A stretch of DNA of 54,791 nt, from contig CAZSWF010000003.1 of NCBI GenBank assembly GCA_964610995.1, positions 1 through 54,791 on the forward strand, read 5' to 3'. The notes under the pieces are model-generated. The model did not search any database and was not told the DNA's origin. It saw nothing but the letters and a program-made list of their open reading frames with translations. Below are positions 35,777 to 44,357 of this stretch, in pieces. The DNA is from an uncultured Candidatus Saccharibacteria bacterium (GTDB taxonomy: Bacteria; Patescibacteriota; Minisyncoccia; Phycocordibacterales; UBA9973). How positions within the stretch are numbered: the first letter of the stretch is position 1; each line of letters starts with the position of its first letter. Made by a program: the position numbers and the translations under genes.

Positions 35777-37048
35777 TTAGTATTCAGCCATTGCTGCCTG
35801 GGCACTGATGCGACGAATGAGGTCAATCACAACAGATACAACGATCAACAGTGATGTACCCCCAACTGCAAATGCAGTAATACCGGTGGCTGTACGGACG
35901 ATAAGCGGGAGAACTGCGACGACACCGAGGAACACAGAACCGACAAGCGTGATGCGAGTAACAATAGTAGCGAGATAATTGTTGGTCGCATCTCCTGGGC
36001 GAATACCAGGGACGAACGCACCATTTTTCTGAAGGTTGGTTGCAATCTGCTTGGGATCAAAAGTCACTGCTGTATAAAAGTACGTAAAGAATACCACGAG
36101 TACGAAGTACACTACTGAGTACAAAAGTGTGTTCTGCAAGAAGCTCGTCAGACCCTGCCCTATCGACTGTAGTCGTAGCGACTGTGATGTCTGAAAAATA
36201 CCAGCGAGAAACTGTGGGAACAAGAGCAATGATGATGCAAAGATGATCGGCATAACACCGGTCTGAGTCAGTCGCAACGGAAGGTAACTTTCGTTGCCAC
36301 CAAGCGTGCGGATACCGCGCACCTGTCGAGCATAGGTTACCGGGACCGGTCGCTCTGCTTCATAAATGTACACAACACCCACGATCACGAGCAGTCCAAC
36401 CGCAAGATACAACAATACTACTGGAATCTGATCAGGTGTAAGTGTGAACAAAAATTGAGAGATTTTAGCTGGAATTTGCGCCAAGATACCCGCCATAATG
36501 ATCAGCGATGTACCGTTACCAATACCAAACTCGTTGATAAGTTCTGCAAGCCACAAGAGAAGCATCGAGCCACCCACAATGATAGCAATGTTGGAAATGA
36601 GCTGCGTACTGGAAAGGAAGCCAATCCCGCCCTGACTCTGGAGATACTTGATGAATGAAAATGCCTGCAATGCTGCGATCGGTACTGAGAGTAGTCTGAT
36701 GTATTGGTTGAAGGTGCGACGTCCTGCTTCCCCGCTTTCTTGCATGAGCTCTTTGACAGAAGGCACCATCATAGAGAGTACCTGCATGATAATAGATGCG
36801 GTGATGTATGGCCCAAGCCCAAGCATGACAATAGAAAATGTCGAGAGTCCTCCACCAGAGAGAATGTTGAAAAGTCCGAGGAACTGGTTGCTCGCTAGAA
36901 ATTGGTTGAGTCGTGCAACATCAACTCCTGGTACAGGAATAACTGCAAGAAAACGAAACACAAATAAAATACCAACAACAAAAAGGATCTTGGTTCGAAG
37001 TGATCGATCAGTGACAATGGTTTTAAGTTTTCTTACAAATCCAATCAT
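35777..37048 (-). CDS. secY: Preprotein translocase subunit SecY
   Basis: 10-TM profile, LGLGPYITASII, GIGNGTSLIIMAGI. Operon position fits. Confidence 0.93.
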   Translation of the reverse strand: MIGFVRKLKTIVTDRSLRTKILFVVGILFVFRFLAVIPVPGVDVARLNQFLASNQFLGLFNILSGGGLSTFSIVMLGLGPYITASIIMQVLSMMVPSVKELMQESGEAGRRTFNQYIRLLSVPIAALQAFSFIKYLQSQGGIGFLSSTQLISNIAIIVGGSMLLLWLAELINEFGIGNGTSLIIMAGILAQIPAKISQFLFTLTPDQIPVVLLYLAVGLLVIVGVVYIYEAERPVPVTYARQVRGIRTLGGNESYLPLRLTQTGVMPIIFASSLLLFPQFLAGIFQTSQSLRLQSIGQGLTSFLQNTLLYSVVYFVLVVFFTYFYTAVTFDPKQIATNLQKNGAFVPGIRPGDATNNYLATIVTRITLVGSVFLGVVAVLPLIVRTATGITAFAVGGTSLLIVVSVVIDLIRRISAQAAMAEY

Positions 37049-37050
37049 GC

Positions 37051-37485
37051 TTATTTTATAATACCACCTGATGCCTCAATTTTTGCTTTTGCGGCAGCGG
37101 TTGCAGTACAGTCATAACAGACAACGGCATGCGTGATCTCACCACCTGCGAGGATCTTGACCATAGGTAGGACGCCTTTTGTTCGACGGATAAGTCCCTT
37201 TGCAAGAAGTGCTGCAGGAGTAACTGATGCGCCATTCTCAAATGCTTTTGCGATACTACCTACACTGACAGTTGCAGGAGTTGCACCGAATGCCTTGAAG
37301 CTGTTCTTGCCGCGACCGCGAAGCTTGGGGTACTTCTTGATCATGTCACGGATTTCGGGACGGATAGAGTGACCAGCACGCGCTTTTTGCCCTTTGGTAC
37401 CACGACCAGAGGTCTTGCCATGTACTCCGCCGCGACCGACGAGTTTGGGTTTTTTATTCTTGTGTGTTCGGGTGAGCATGTTCAT
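37051..37485 (-). CDS. rplO: 50S ribosomal protein L15
   Basis: VGRGGVHGKTSGRGTKGQKAR. Confidence 0.9.
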   Translation of the reverse strand: MNMLTRTHKNKKPKLVGRGGVHGKTSGRGTKGQKARAGHSIRPEIRDMIKKYPKLRGRGKNSFKAFGATPATVSVGSIAKAFENGASVTPAALLAKGLIRRTKGVLPMVKILAGGEITHAVVCYDCTATAAAKAKIEASGGIIK

Positions 37486-37488
37486 ATA

Positions 37489-38070
37489 TTATGCCTCTTT
37501 TTTTTCTTCTACTTTTACCTCTGGTGCCGCTTCTACTTTGAGACCAAAGACGTGCTTGGTAGCGACCTTTTCGAGAGCTCGCATACAGGCTCGAGCAGTA
37601 TTGAGTTTGTTTTTACTACCTGAGACTACTTTACCAGAAATATCTTTGAGTCCAGCAAGTGTCACAATGTCGCGAAGCGCAGCACCTACCACGAGCCCCT
37701 TACCTTGGTTTGGGAACAACATGACACGTGATGCATTGTACTTGGCTGCGATATCATGTGGGATGGAGTTGGTCTTGGTCGCCTTGATCTTGATTGCGTG
37801 CTTCTTTGCATCCTTGAGCGCCTTGGCAATAGCAAGTGCAGTGTCATTACCCTTCCCTGTACCAAGTCCTACCATACCTTTTTTGTCTCCGATAATCATT
37901 GAAACAGCAAAGCTCATACGACGCCCACCAGCAACCACACGGGTCACTCGACGAATATCGAGAATCTTTTGGTCGACATCCTTGACGCGATCACCAAATG
38001 ATCTGCCGCCGTCTCGTCGTGGACGTCGTTCTGGTCGAGATGAAGTTGTAGGGGTAGTTGGTGTAGTCAT
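37489..38070 (-). CDS. rpsE: 30S ribosomal protein S5 (with a basic/Thr-Pro N-terminal extension)
   Basis: IRRVTRVVAGGRRMSFAVSMIIGDKKGMVGLGTGKG. Confidence 0.9.
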   Translation of the reverse strand: MTTPTTPTTSSRPERRPRRDGGRSFGDRVKDVDQKILDIRRVTRVVAGGRRMSFAVSMIIGDKKGMVGLGTGKGNDTALAIAKALKDAKKHAIKIKATKTNSIPHDIAAKYNASRVMLFPNQGKGLVVGAALRDIVTLAGLKDISGKVVSGSKNKLNTARACMRALEKVATKHVFGLKVEAAPEVKVEEKKEA

Positions 38071-38076
38071 ACTGTA

Positions 38077-38421
38077 TTAAAAATTAAGTCCTCCTTCTCG
38101 TGCTGCATCAGCAAATGCCTTGATGCGACCCGCATACTTGAAACCGTTGCGATCAAACACTACTGCTTCGATGCCTTTTTGCTTGGCATCAACTGCGAGT
38201 GCCTTGCCTGCAATGATTGCAGCTTCTACTTTGGAACCCTTGGTACCTTGGGTAGAGATAGCAGCGATCGTCACTGCTGCCACATCATCAATGAGCTGTG
38301 CGTAGAGTGCAGTGTTGGAACGAAACACTGAGAGACGTGGGCGGACACTTGTGCCAGAGATACTCGCACGGATCTTGCGCTTGTTGTGGATTCTTTTTTG
38401 TTGGGGGGTAAGTCGTGTCAT
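38077..38421 (-). CDS. rplR: 50S ribosomal protein L18
   Basis: RPRLSVFRSNTALYAQLIDD...FDRNGFKYAGRIKAFADAAREGGL. Confidence 0.9.
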   Translation of the reverse strand: MTRLTPQQKRIHNKRKIRASISGTSVRPRLSVFRSNTALYAQLIDDVAAVTIAAISTQGTKGSKVEAAIIAGKALAVDAKQKGIEAVVFDRNGFKYAGRIKAFADAAREGGLNF

Positions 38422-38430
38422 ATGCGTGTG

Positions 38431-38964
38431 TTATGCGGTCTTCTTGCCGGCCTTGCGTCGGATTACTTCGTTGTCGTATCGAAAACCTTTTCCTTTGTAG
38501 GGTTCTGGCTTTTTGAGCGCGCGCACCTTGGCAGAGAACTGCCCTACCAGCTCTTTGTCGATACCGGTAAAGGTAATGTTGTTCTTTTCTGCGGTTACGG
38601 TCAAGCCTGCTGGGATAGCAACAACGACAGGGTGAGAAAATCCGAGTGCGAGATGAAGGTCGCTTCCCTTTACTTCACTTTTAAATCCAACTCCTTCGAG
38701 AATGAGCTTCTTGGTGTAGGGCTTGTTGACACCCTCAATCATGTTCTTGGTATGAGATGCGTGGGTACCCCAGATTGCACGAGCAAATGGATCATCGCCT
38801 TTCTGTGCAAAGGTAACCATACCATCAGCAATGGTGATCGTGACGTGTTCAGGCAAAGCCTTTTCGAGTGTGCCAAGTGGCCCTTTCACACGGAGCAGGC
38901 CGTCTGTGTAGGTGACTTCGGTATTTGCAGGTATTACTAGCTGTTGTTTTCCAATTCGACTCAT
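38431..38964 (-). CDS. rplF: 50S ribosomal protein L6
   Basis: MSRIGKQQLVIPANTEV...KPEPYKGKGFRY. Confidence 0.9.
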   Translation of the reverse strand: MSRIGKQQLVIPANTEVTYTDGLLRVKGPLGTLEKALPEHVTITIADGMVTFAQKGDDPFARAIWGTHASHTKNMIEGVNKPYTKKLILEGVGFKSEVKGSDLHLALGFSHPVVVAIPAGLTVTAEKNNITFTGIDKELVGQFSAKVRALKKPEPYKGKGFRYDNEVIRRKAGKKTA

Positions 38965-38971
38965 ATATGTA

Positions 38972-39367
38972 TTACCAAATCATAAATAACACTTCTCCTC
39001 CGACCACTTCTTTGCGTGCCTGCTTGTCGCTGAGTATTCCCTTTGGAGTAGAGAGTACGAGCATGCCGTGACCATTTTTCACCTGGTGAATGTCGTGCAC
39101 ACCGAGGTAGCTGCGTCGAGACGGCTTACTCATACGCTTCACATCGTGAATACGTGGTTCTGCACCACGGTATGCGAGCTCGATCTCCAGTACAGGGACG
39201 TTGTTCTTTTCGGTCTTTTTAGAGACATCGGAGACATAGCCATGTTCTTTGAGACACATCGCAATAGCGTGCTTGAGCTTAGAAAACGGTACTACCACGC
39301 TCTTTTTAGAGACGAGAGCGCCGTTTTTCATCGTATTGATCATGTTTGCGATAGGGTCAGTAGTCAT
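38972..39367 (-). CDS. rpsH: 30S ribosomal protein S8
   Basis: DPIANMINTMKNG...GGEVLFMIW. Confidence 0.9.
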   Translation of the reverse strand: MTTDPIANMINTMKNGALVSKKSVVVPFSKLKHAIAMCLKEHGYVSDVSKKTEKNNVPVLEIELAYRGAEPRIHDVKRMSKPSRRSYLGVHDIHQVKNGHGMLVLSTPKGILSDKQARKEVVGGEVLFMIW

Positions 39368-39371
39368 AGTA

Positions 39372-39557
39372 TTACCAAGAACTCTTGCGGATACCTGGGA
39401 TCATGCCGTCGTTGGCAAGCTCTCGGAAACAGATACGGCAGAGACCAAAGTCTCGCATGTATCCGTGTCGTCGACCACAGCGAAAACAGCGGTTCACCGC
39501 TCGAGTACTGTATTTAGGCGTCTTTTGGGAACGCGCGATAGTTGAGGTCTTTGCCAT
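39372..39557 (-). CDS. rpsN: 30S ribosomal protein S14, zinc-binding type Z
   Basis: 61 aa. [23 protein letters not shown] (CxxC...CxxC). Confidence 0.9.
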   Translation of the reverse strand: MAKTSTIARSQKTPKYSTRAVNRCFRCGRRHGYMRDFGLCRICFRELANDGMIPGIRKSSW

Positions 39558-39654
39558 AGGTTCGGTCCCCCTTGGAATATCGCATGGATTTTTCTCTAAG
39601 CTTCCCCGAAAGGTTGCTCAGAGAGAAACTCATGGATTACCAAAGAGTCTGCAT

Positions 39655-39683
39655 ATCCTAGCAGATGGGAGCAGTCGTGTCAA
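39655..39683 (-). promoter_or_regulatory. Putative promoter TTGACA-17-TAGGAT upstream of rpsN
   Basis: Minus strand reads ttatTTGACAcgactgctcccatctgcTAGGATatg, immediately after the CPBP-gene terminator. Confidence 0.45.
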
Positions 39684-39712
39684 ATAAAAGGGACCGCAGC
39701 ATCTGCGATCCC
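39684..39712 (-). terminator. Intrinsic terminator after the CPBP-like gene, inside the spc cluster
   Basis: Minus strand reads GGGATCGCAG-atg-CTGCGGTCCC (one mismatch) followed by TTTTATTT. Confidence 0.7.
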
Positions 39713-39716
39713 TGTG

Positions 39717-40427
39717 TTACGCCCAAATAGGCGTAAATACTTTTACATAAATAACAAAGGCATTGAAAATACTGTGGGTCATCCACGCAAAAAGGTAGTT
39801 GGGCTGAAAATAGTACAGAGGTGTCACCACTGCACTAAAGACGAATGTCGCAGGGAGTACTACTTCGGGGTTGGAGAAAAATATGTGCGCTCCGGTAAAA
39901 AAGATAACAACAATACCACAGACTATCCCCCACCGATGTGGCGAGAAGATGTCTTTCATCTTTTTTATAAGATACGCACTAAAGAGAAACTGCTGCATCC
40001 CCGTACAAATAAGTACTGATACGAGAAATTTCCACGAAACCCCCTCTGAGGAAATAATACTTTCCCGAACGGGCACAAACTTATGTGCATATGCAAAACA
40101 TAGAGCACCAATGAATATCAACATGGAATAATACGGTAACCCTTTGGTGATGTTTTTCCAATGAAACCCGATCTCAACAAGTGACCATGTGTTGGTAATA
40201 ACTGCTCGTCGCACACCAAGCCCAATCGTACAAAATACGATCCCGAGAATAATAGGGTTGTACTGCACAGGAATGATTCCTACCCATAACAAGAGTACTG
40301 CGGTTGCTGGGAATGCGAAAACGCTCCCGAGCTTTTTCAATGTCTGTGTCGCTTCTAAAGGTACTTGTGTATACATATGATACTTTTTCTTTACTCTACT
40401 CTTGTCTGTAGAAAAATCAAATAACAA
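39717..40427 (-). CDS. CPBP (CAAX protease)-like intramembrane protein, motif 1 apparently degenerate
   Basis: Multi-TM. FFTGAHIF and MTHSIFNAF resemble CPBP motifs 2/3, but QQFLFSAYL sits where EExxxR is expected. Confidence 0.55.
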   Translation of the reverse strand: MLFDFSTDKSRVKKKYHMYTQVPLEATQTLKKLGSVFAFPATAVLLLWVGIIPVQYNPIILGIVFCTIGLGVRRAVITNTWSLVEIGFHWKNITKGLPYYSMLIFIGALCFAYAHKFVPVRESIISSEGVSWKFLVSVLICTGMQQFLFSAYLIKKMKDIFSPHRWGIVCGIVVIFFTGAHIFFSNPEVVLPATFVFSAVVTPLYYFQPNYLFAWMTHSIFNAFVIYVKVFTPIWA

Positions 40428-40450
40428 AACTCCCCACTAGTGTAGGGAGG
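40422..40450 (-). terminator. Hairpin plus T-run after rplE
   Basis: Minus strand reads CTCCC-tacactagtg-GGGAG followed by TTTTGTT. Confidence 0.45.
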
Positions 40451-40472
40451 ATTGTAGTAGTACGTCGATCTA

Positions 40473-41003
40473 TTATTTCTTGAACGGAATACCGAGATAC
40501 GTAAAGAATCGGAGGGCTTCATCACGGTCTTTTGCAGTAGAGACAAGCGTGATCGCAAATCCGAACACATCCTTGAGGTCTTCGTCAGATGTTTCTGGAA
40601 AAATGGTGTGTTCTTTGATACCGATGGTCATGTTGCCGATATTGTCGACAGCTTTAGGATCAATACCACGGAAGTCCTTGGTACGAGGAATCGCAATGTT
40701 GATGAGCTTGTCCACGAAGTGGAGCATGCGTGCACCACGGAGCGTCACCGCAACCCCGATCGGGTCGCCTTGGCGAACCTTGAAGCTTGCAACTGACTTT
40801 TTCGCAGAACGTACAGTCGGTCGCTGACCCGTGATACGAGTGAGACGGTCCATAATGACGTCGTTTTTCGTGCGATCTTTCTTCATACCAGAACCAGTAC
40901 CACTAGAGATAATAATCTTGGTCAGACGAGGTGCACCAAGGACACTTGAGTAGCCTGGAAGTACGGTATGTGTAGTATCTTGTTTTTGCTTGATGATTTC
41001 CAT
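40473..41003 (-). CDS. rplE: 50S ribosomal protein L5
   Basis: ITGQRPTVRSAKKSVASFKVRQGDPIGVAVTLRG...PRTKDFRG. Confidence 0.9.
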   Translation of the reverse strand: MEIIKQKQDTTHTVLPGYSSVLGAPRLTKIIISSGTGSGMKKDRTKNDVIMDRLTRITGQRPTVRSAKKSVASFKVRQGDPIGVAVTLRGARMLHFVDKLINIAIPRTKDFRGIDPKAVDNIGNMTIGIKEHTIFPETSDEDLKDVFGFAITLVSTAKDRDEALRFFTYLGIPFKK

Positions 41004-41013
41004 ATGAAAACTC

Positions 41014-41244
41014 TTATTTCTTTACTGCTTTCTTTTCAGTCAGCTTGAGGTTGGAATGATGAATCGACGCTTCTCGCTCTACAATAGAACCTTTTTCGGT
41101 CTTGCTTTTTGCACGAACGTGGATCTTTACTTTGTTGACGCCATCAACGATCGCTCGATCGCCGATAATACGTGCAACAGGACCCTTGGCACCTTTGTGC
41201 TTGCCGGTTATTACTATTACGTTGTCTCCTTTTTTGATATGCAT
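41014..41244 (-). CDS. rplX: 50S ribosomal protein L24 (short, 76 aa)
   Basis: MHIKKGDNVIVITGKHKGAKGPV (KOW motif). The upstream part of the track ORF overlaps rplN and is rejected. Confidence 0.85.
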   Translation of the reverse strand: MHIKKGDNVIVITGKHKGAKGPVARIIGDRAIVDGVNKVKIHVRAKSKTEKGSIVEREASIHHSNLKLTEKKAVKK

Positions 41245-41245
41245 A

Positions 41246-41617
41246 TTACAAAACCTCTGGTGCCAATGACACGATTTTCTGATAGCCGAGCTCACCAATC
41301 TCGCGAGGGATCGGGCCAAAGATACGACCAGCCTTTGGTTCTTTCTTTCCCTTTTCGATGAGGACAACTGCGTTGTCATCGAAACGAATGTATGAACCAT
41401 CTTTGCGGCGAAATGCGCTCTTTTGACGAACTACTACTGCGTAGAGTACATCCTTTTTCTTTACGGTCTTGCGAGGCTCTGCTACTTTGACTGAGATAAC
41501 TACGACATCACCAATACCAGCATAGCGGCGCTTACTCCCACCGAGGACCTTGAAGACCTTGCCGATCTTTCCTCCAGCGTTGTCAGTGATTTTTACGATT
41601 GTTCCATCTTGTACCAT
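41246..41617 (-). CDS. rplN: 50S ribosomal protein L14
   Basis: MVQDGTIVKITDNAGGK...IRFDDNAVVLI. Confidence 0.92.
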   Translation of the reverse strand: MVQDGTIVKITDNAGGKIGKVFKVLGGSKRRYAGIGDVVVISVKVAEPRKTVKKKDVLYAVVVRQKSAFRRKDGSYIRFDDNAVVLIEKGKKEPKAGRIFGPIPREIGELGYQKIVSLAPEVL

Positions 41618-41621
41618 ATAA

Positions 41622-41882
41622 TTAACTCTGTTGTACGTTATCCGCTACGACGACGAAGCGCTTGTCCTTGGACAGGGGTCGTGTCTCGCGCAGCTCTACT
41701 ACATCTCCGACCTTGTGACTGTTGTCTTCGTCATGCGCCTTGAACTTCTTGGTGATCTTGTAGTACTTTTTGTATTTAGGATGCTGCACAAAGCGCGTCA
41801 CTGCGACAACGATAGTTTTATCCATCTTGTCTGAGACGACGGTTCCTTTGAGTGTTTTGGTTGTATTGGTTTCTGGTTTCAT
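41622..41882 (-). CDS. rpsQ: 30S ribosomal protein S17
   Basis: [18 protein letters not shown]...HPKYKKY...HDEDN..KVGDVV. Confidence 0.9.
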   Translation of the reverse strand: MKPETNTTKTLKGTVVSDKMDKTIVVAVTRFVQHPKYKKYYKITKKFKAHDEDNSHKVGDVVELRETRPLSKDKRFVVVADNVQQS

Positions 41883-41897
41883 ATAGTTATACTCGCG

Positions 41898-42314
41898 TTA
41901 TACTCTCTCGACGACGCGTGTTTTAAGTGGGAGCTTGGTTCCCGCCTTGCGCAATGCTTCTCGTGCGATGACTTCGGTAACACCATCTACTTCAAAGATG
42001 ATGCGTCCTGGGAGCACTTCCATGCAGTATCCATCGAGATCGCCCTTGCCTCCTCCCATGGGTACTTCGGCAGGCTTTGAGGTGATAGGACGGTCAGGAA
42101 ATACACGGATCCACATACGGCCAGTCTTGCCGAGGTGTCGAGATGCTGCCTTGCGGGCTGCTTCGATCTGGTTTGAGGTGATACGAGCGAGTGACTCAGT
42201 CTTGAGACCAAATGATCCAAAGCTGATGGTAGTACCACGTGTCTCTATACGACCTTCCATCTTGGTTCGTTTCTTTTGCCATTTTCTAAATTTTACCTTT
42301 TTTGGGAATAACAT
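41898..42314 (-). CDS. rplP: 50S ribosomal protein L16
   Basis: MLFPKKVKFRKWQKKR...MGGGKGD. Confidence 0.92.
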   Translation of the reverse strand: MLFPKKVKFRKWQKKRTKMEGRIETRGTTISFGSFGLKTESLARITSNQIEAARKAASRHLGKTGRMWIRVFPDRPITSKPAEVPMGGGKGDLDGYCMEVLPGRIIFEVDGVTEVIAREALRKAGTKLPLKTRVVERV

Positions 42315-42317
42315 ACA

Positions 42318-43001
42318 TTAACTCTTGGTCTGTCTACCATCTTGATCTTTGGCAAAGACTTGTCCTTTGTAAATCCAGACCTTAATACCGATCACACCGT
42401 ATGCGAGGTTTGCGCGCTCACGAGCAAAGTCGATGTCTGCACGAATAGTCTGAAGCGGAATAGATCCACGCTTGAGCTCTTCACTTCGTGAGATTTCAGC
42501 CCCTCCGAGTCGTCCTCCGAGATAAAACTTCACTCCTTGTACGCCGCGTACTGCCATCACCTTTTCGATGAGCTGCTTCATGACACGTCGGTATGGGAGA
42601 CGCTTTTCGAGGCCTTCTGCGATCATGTATGCGACGATCTTTGCGTCAGCATCAGGACTGGTGACTTCGACGATTTCGAGCCGGATATCGTCAGTGACCG
42701 TGAGCTTTGCTCGTTTGAGTGCAGTCTGTATGTCTGCCTTGAGTTTGGTCGCACCTTCACCAGATCGACCGATGATCATACCAGGGCGAGACGTGCGTAG
42801 TGCTACACGAATAGCTTTCTGACTTCGTTCGATTTCCACACTTGAGATGTATGATCCACGCAGACGCTTGTCGAGGTAGCCACGGATCGTGACGTCTACC
42901 TTGAGATTCTGAACGTAGTTTTTGTCAGTTGCAAACCAGCGGCTTTTCCAGTCGCGGAGTGTTACAAGACGGTGTGAATATGGGTGGACAACTTTAGACA
43001 T
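42318..43001 (-). CDS. rpsC: 30S ribosomal protein S3
   Basis: VHPYSHRLVTLRDWKSRWFA, KH domain GMIIGRSGEG. Confidence 0.92.
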   Translation of the reverse strand: MSKVVHPYSHRLVTLRDWKSRWFATDKNYVQNLKVDVTIRGYLDKRLRGSYISSVEIERSQKAIRVALRTSRPGMIIGRSGEGATKLKADIQTALKRAKLTVTDDIRLEIVEVTSPDADAKIVAYMIAEGLEKRLPYRRVMKQLIEKVMAVRGVQGVKFYLGGRLGGAEISRSEELKRGSIPLQTIRADIDFARERANLAYGVIGIKVWIYKGQVFAKDQDGRQTKS

Positions 43002-43006
43002 ATAGA

Positions 43007-43360
43007 TTATTTACTCTGCTTCTTAACCTTCTTGGGTGCAGCCTGCGCCAAGGTCACGGTCACATGACTGAGCCGTTTGTTGATCGGAGTTGCACGACCC
43101 ATCGCACGAGGCATAGAGCGCTTCATGACGAGGCCTTTGTTTACTTCTACGTTTTTAACTACAAGAGTCGAAACATCTGCACCTGCTACAACCGCATTGG
43201 CAGCGGCACTTTTGATAAGTTTCTGCATAGGGAGCGCACCACGCTTGACCATGTATGAGAGCGTAGTGTCTGCATCAGCAACACTCTTGCCTTTCACGGC
43301 ATTTGCCACAAGGCGGACCTTGCGAGGAGATTGTTTGTAGTTGGTGAGTGTGGCTTTCAT
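43007..43360 (-). CDS. rplV: 50S ribosomal protein L22
   Basis: YKQSPRKVRLVANAVKGKSV...GRATPINKRLSHVTV. Confidence 0.9.
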   Translation of the reverse strand: MKATLTNYKQSPRKVRLVANAVKGKSVADADTTLSYMVKRGALPMQKLIKSAAANAVVAGADVSTLVVKNVEVNKGLVMKRSMPRAMGRATPINKRLSHVTVTLAQAAPKKVKKQSK

Positions 43361-43411
43361 GGTTAATTTGGTGTAATTATTTCCCTGAGTTTAGTATAAA
43401 AATCTGAGAGG

Positions 43412-43759
43412 TTATTTTTTCTTGGCGTCAGCAGTTGTTGCCTTTGCGGACTTTGCTGCTGAGATTTCAGCTTCTTTTTTCTTTTGATCGATATCTTTCT
43501 GCATCTTACCACCGTGTCGAGTAAACTTGCGGGTGGGTGAAAACTCTCCCAAACGGTGCCCTACCATGTCTTCGGTCACGAGGACGTCGATGTGTTGCTT
43601 GCCGTTGTGTACGCCAAAGGTAAATCCGACCATTTGTGGAGCGATCTGACTTGCGCGAGCCCAGGTCTTGATGACGCCAGCTGACATAGGCGCTTTGCCC
43701 TCAATCTTCTTGAGGAGCTTTTCATCAATATACGGGCCTTTGGCGAGTGATCGTGTCAT
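43412..43759 (-). CDS. rpsS: 30S ribosomal protein S19 (Lys-rich C-terminal extension)
   Basis: [15 protein letters not shown]...[29 protein letters not shown]. Confidence 0.9.
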   Translation of the reverse strand: MTRSLAKGPYIDEKLLKKIEGKAPMSAGVIKTWARASQIAPQMVGFTFGVHNGKQHIDVLVTEDMVGHRLGEFSPTRKFTRHGGKMQKDIDQKKKEAEISAAKSAKATTADAKKK

Positions 43760-43778
43760 TTCGGTGGTTTCTTTGGTA

Positions 43779-43802
43779 GAAAAAAAGAAGCTCTTACGAG
43801 CT
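43779..43802 (-). terminator. Weak hairpin plus long T-run between the TA toxin and rpsS
   Basis: Minus strand reads AGCTC-gtaa-GAGCT followed by TCTTTTTTT. Confidence 0.35.
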
Positions 43803-43847
43803 GATGTATAGTAGCAAATTCTAAACCAATGTCAAATACCAGGCGCC

Positions 43848-44108
43848 CTATCGATAAATATCATGATCCCCTATGAAATAGAACGTTGCTTCAGAACCAT
43901 TCCTTTCAAATTCAAATACAATCCTATAGCTATAATCCACCGAAAAAGCCCACAAATCACGTAATTCACCATGGAGCTTATGTGTTTTAAGGCTTGTAGC
44001 AAAAGGATTTTTTAGAAAGACGGCTTCTTTCTTTTTTGCTTTGATCTGTATTGGTCGTGGTACTTTTCTGTACTCTCTTTTAAATCGTGCTGTATAAAAG
44101 ATTTCCAT
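43848..44108 (-). CDS. RelE/ParE-superfamily toxin
   Basis: 86 aa. ...KLHGELRDLWAFSVDYSYRIVFEF...YFIGDHDIY pattern. Lies 8 nt after the antitoxin gene. Confidence 0.75.
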   Translation of the reverse strand: MEIFYTARFKREYRKVPRPIQIKAKKKEAVFLKNPFATSLKTHKLHGELRDLWAFSVDYSYRIVFEFERNGSEATFYFIGDHDIYR

Positions 44109-44116
44109 ACAGCAAT

Positions 44117-44335
44117 CTATTTCAATAAATCGTCCAAGGAGTTCAGTCGGTACCGTTTTCCGGCCTTCGCATCTCGCTGACTTGCCTTGATCTCTCGGAT
44201 AATAGCCCGCTCTTTGAGCATACGTACTGCATCGCGCATAAATTCGCTTGTTGAGGTGTACATGCCACTCTCGACAATCTCGTCGATTTCTTTCTTGAGC
44301 GCAGGAGAAACGGATATAGACAATATTTGTCGCAT
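44117..44335 (-). CDS. Ribbon-helix-helix (CopG/ParD-like) antitoxin
   Basis: MRQILSISVSPALKKEIDEIVESGMYTSTSEFMRDAVR. Start refined (TGtTACAGT 6 nt upstream). Confidence 0.7.
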   Translation of the reverse strand: MRQILSISVSPALKKEIDEIVESGMYTSTSEFMRDAVRMLKERAIIREIKASQRDAKAGKRYRLNSLDDLLK

Positions 44336-44341
44336 AGAGCT

Positions 44342-44350
44342 ACTGTAACA
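44342..44350 (-). promoter_or_regulatory. Extended -10 TGtTACAGT, 6 nt before the antitoxin ATG (leaderless-type)
   Basis: Minus strand reads TGtTACAGTagctctATG. Confidence 0.4.
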
Positions 44351-44357
44351 CAATGTA

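Noticed and set aside
41245-41400. N-terminal 52 aa of track ORF 41014-41400.
   Set aside because: This part overlaps the 3' end of rplN. The canonical L24 KOW N-terminus begins at the Met at 41244.
43805-43835. Candidate rpsS promoter TTGACA with -10 ACTATA/TATACA.
   Set aside because: The spacer is 17-19 nt to poor hexamers, and the predicted start falls inside the hairpin plus T-run at 43779-43802. That is too weak to call as a feature, so it is mentioned only in the island finding.
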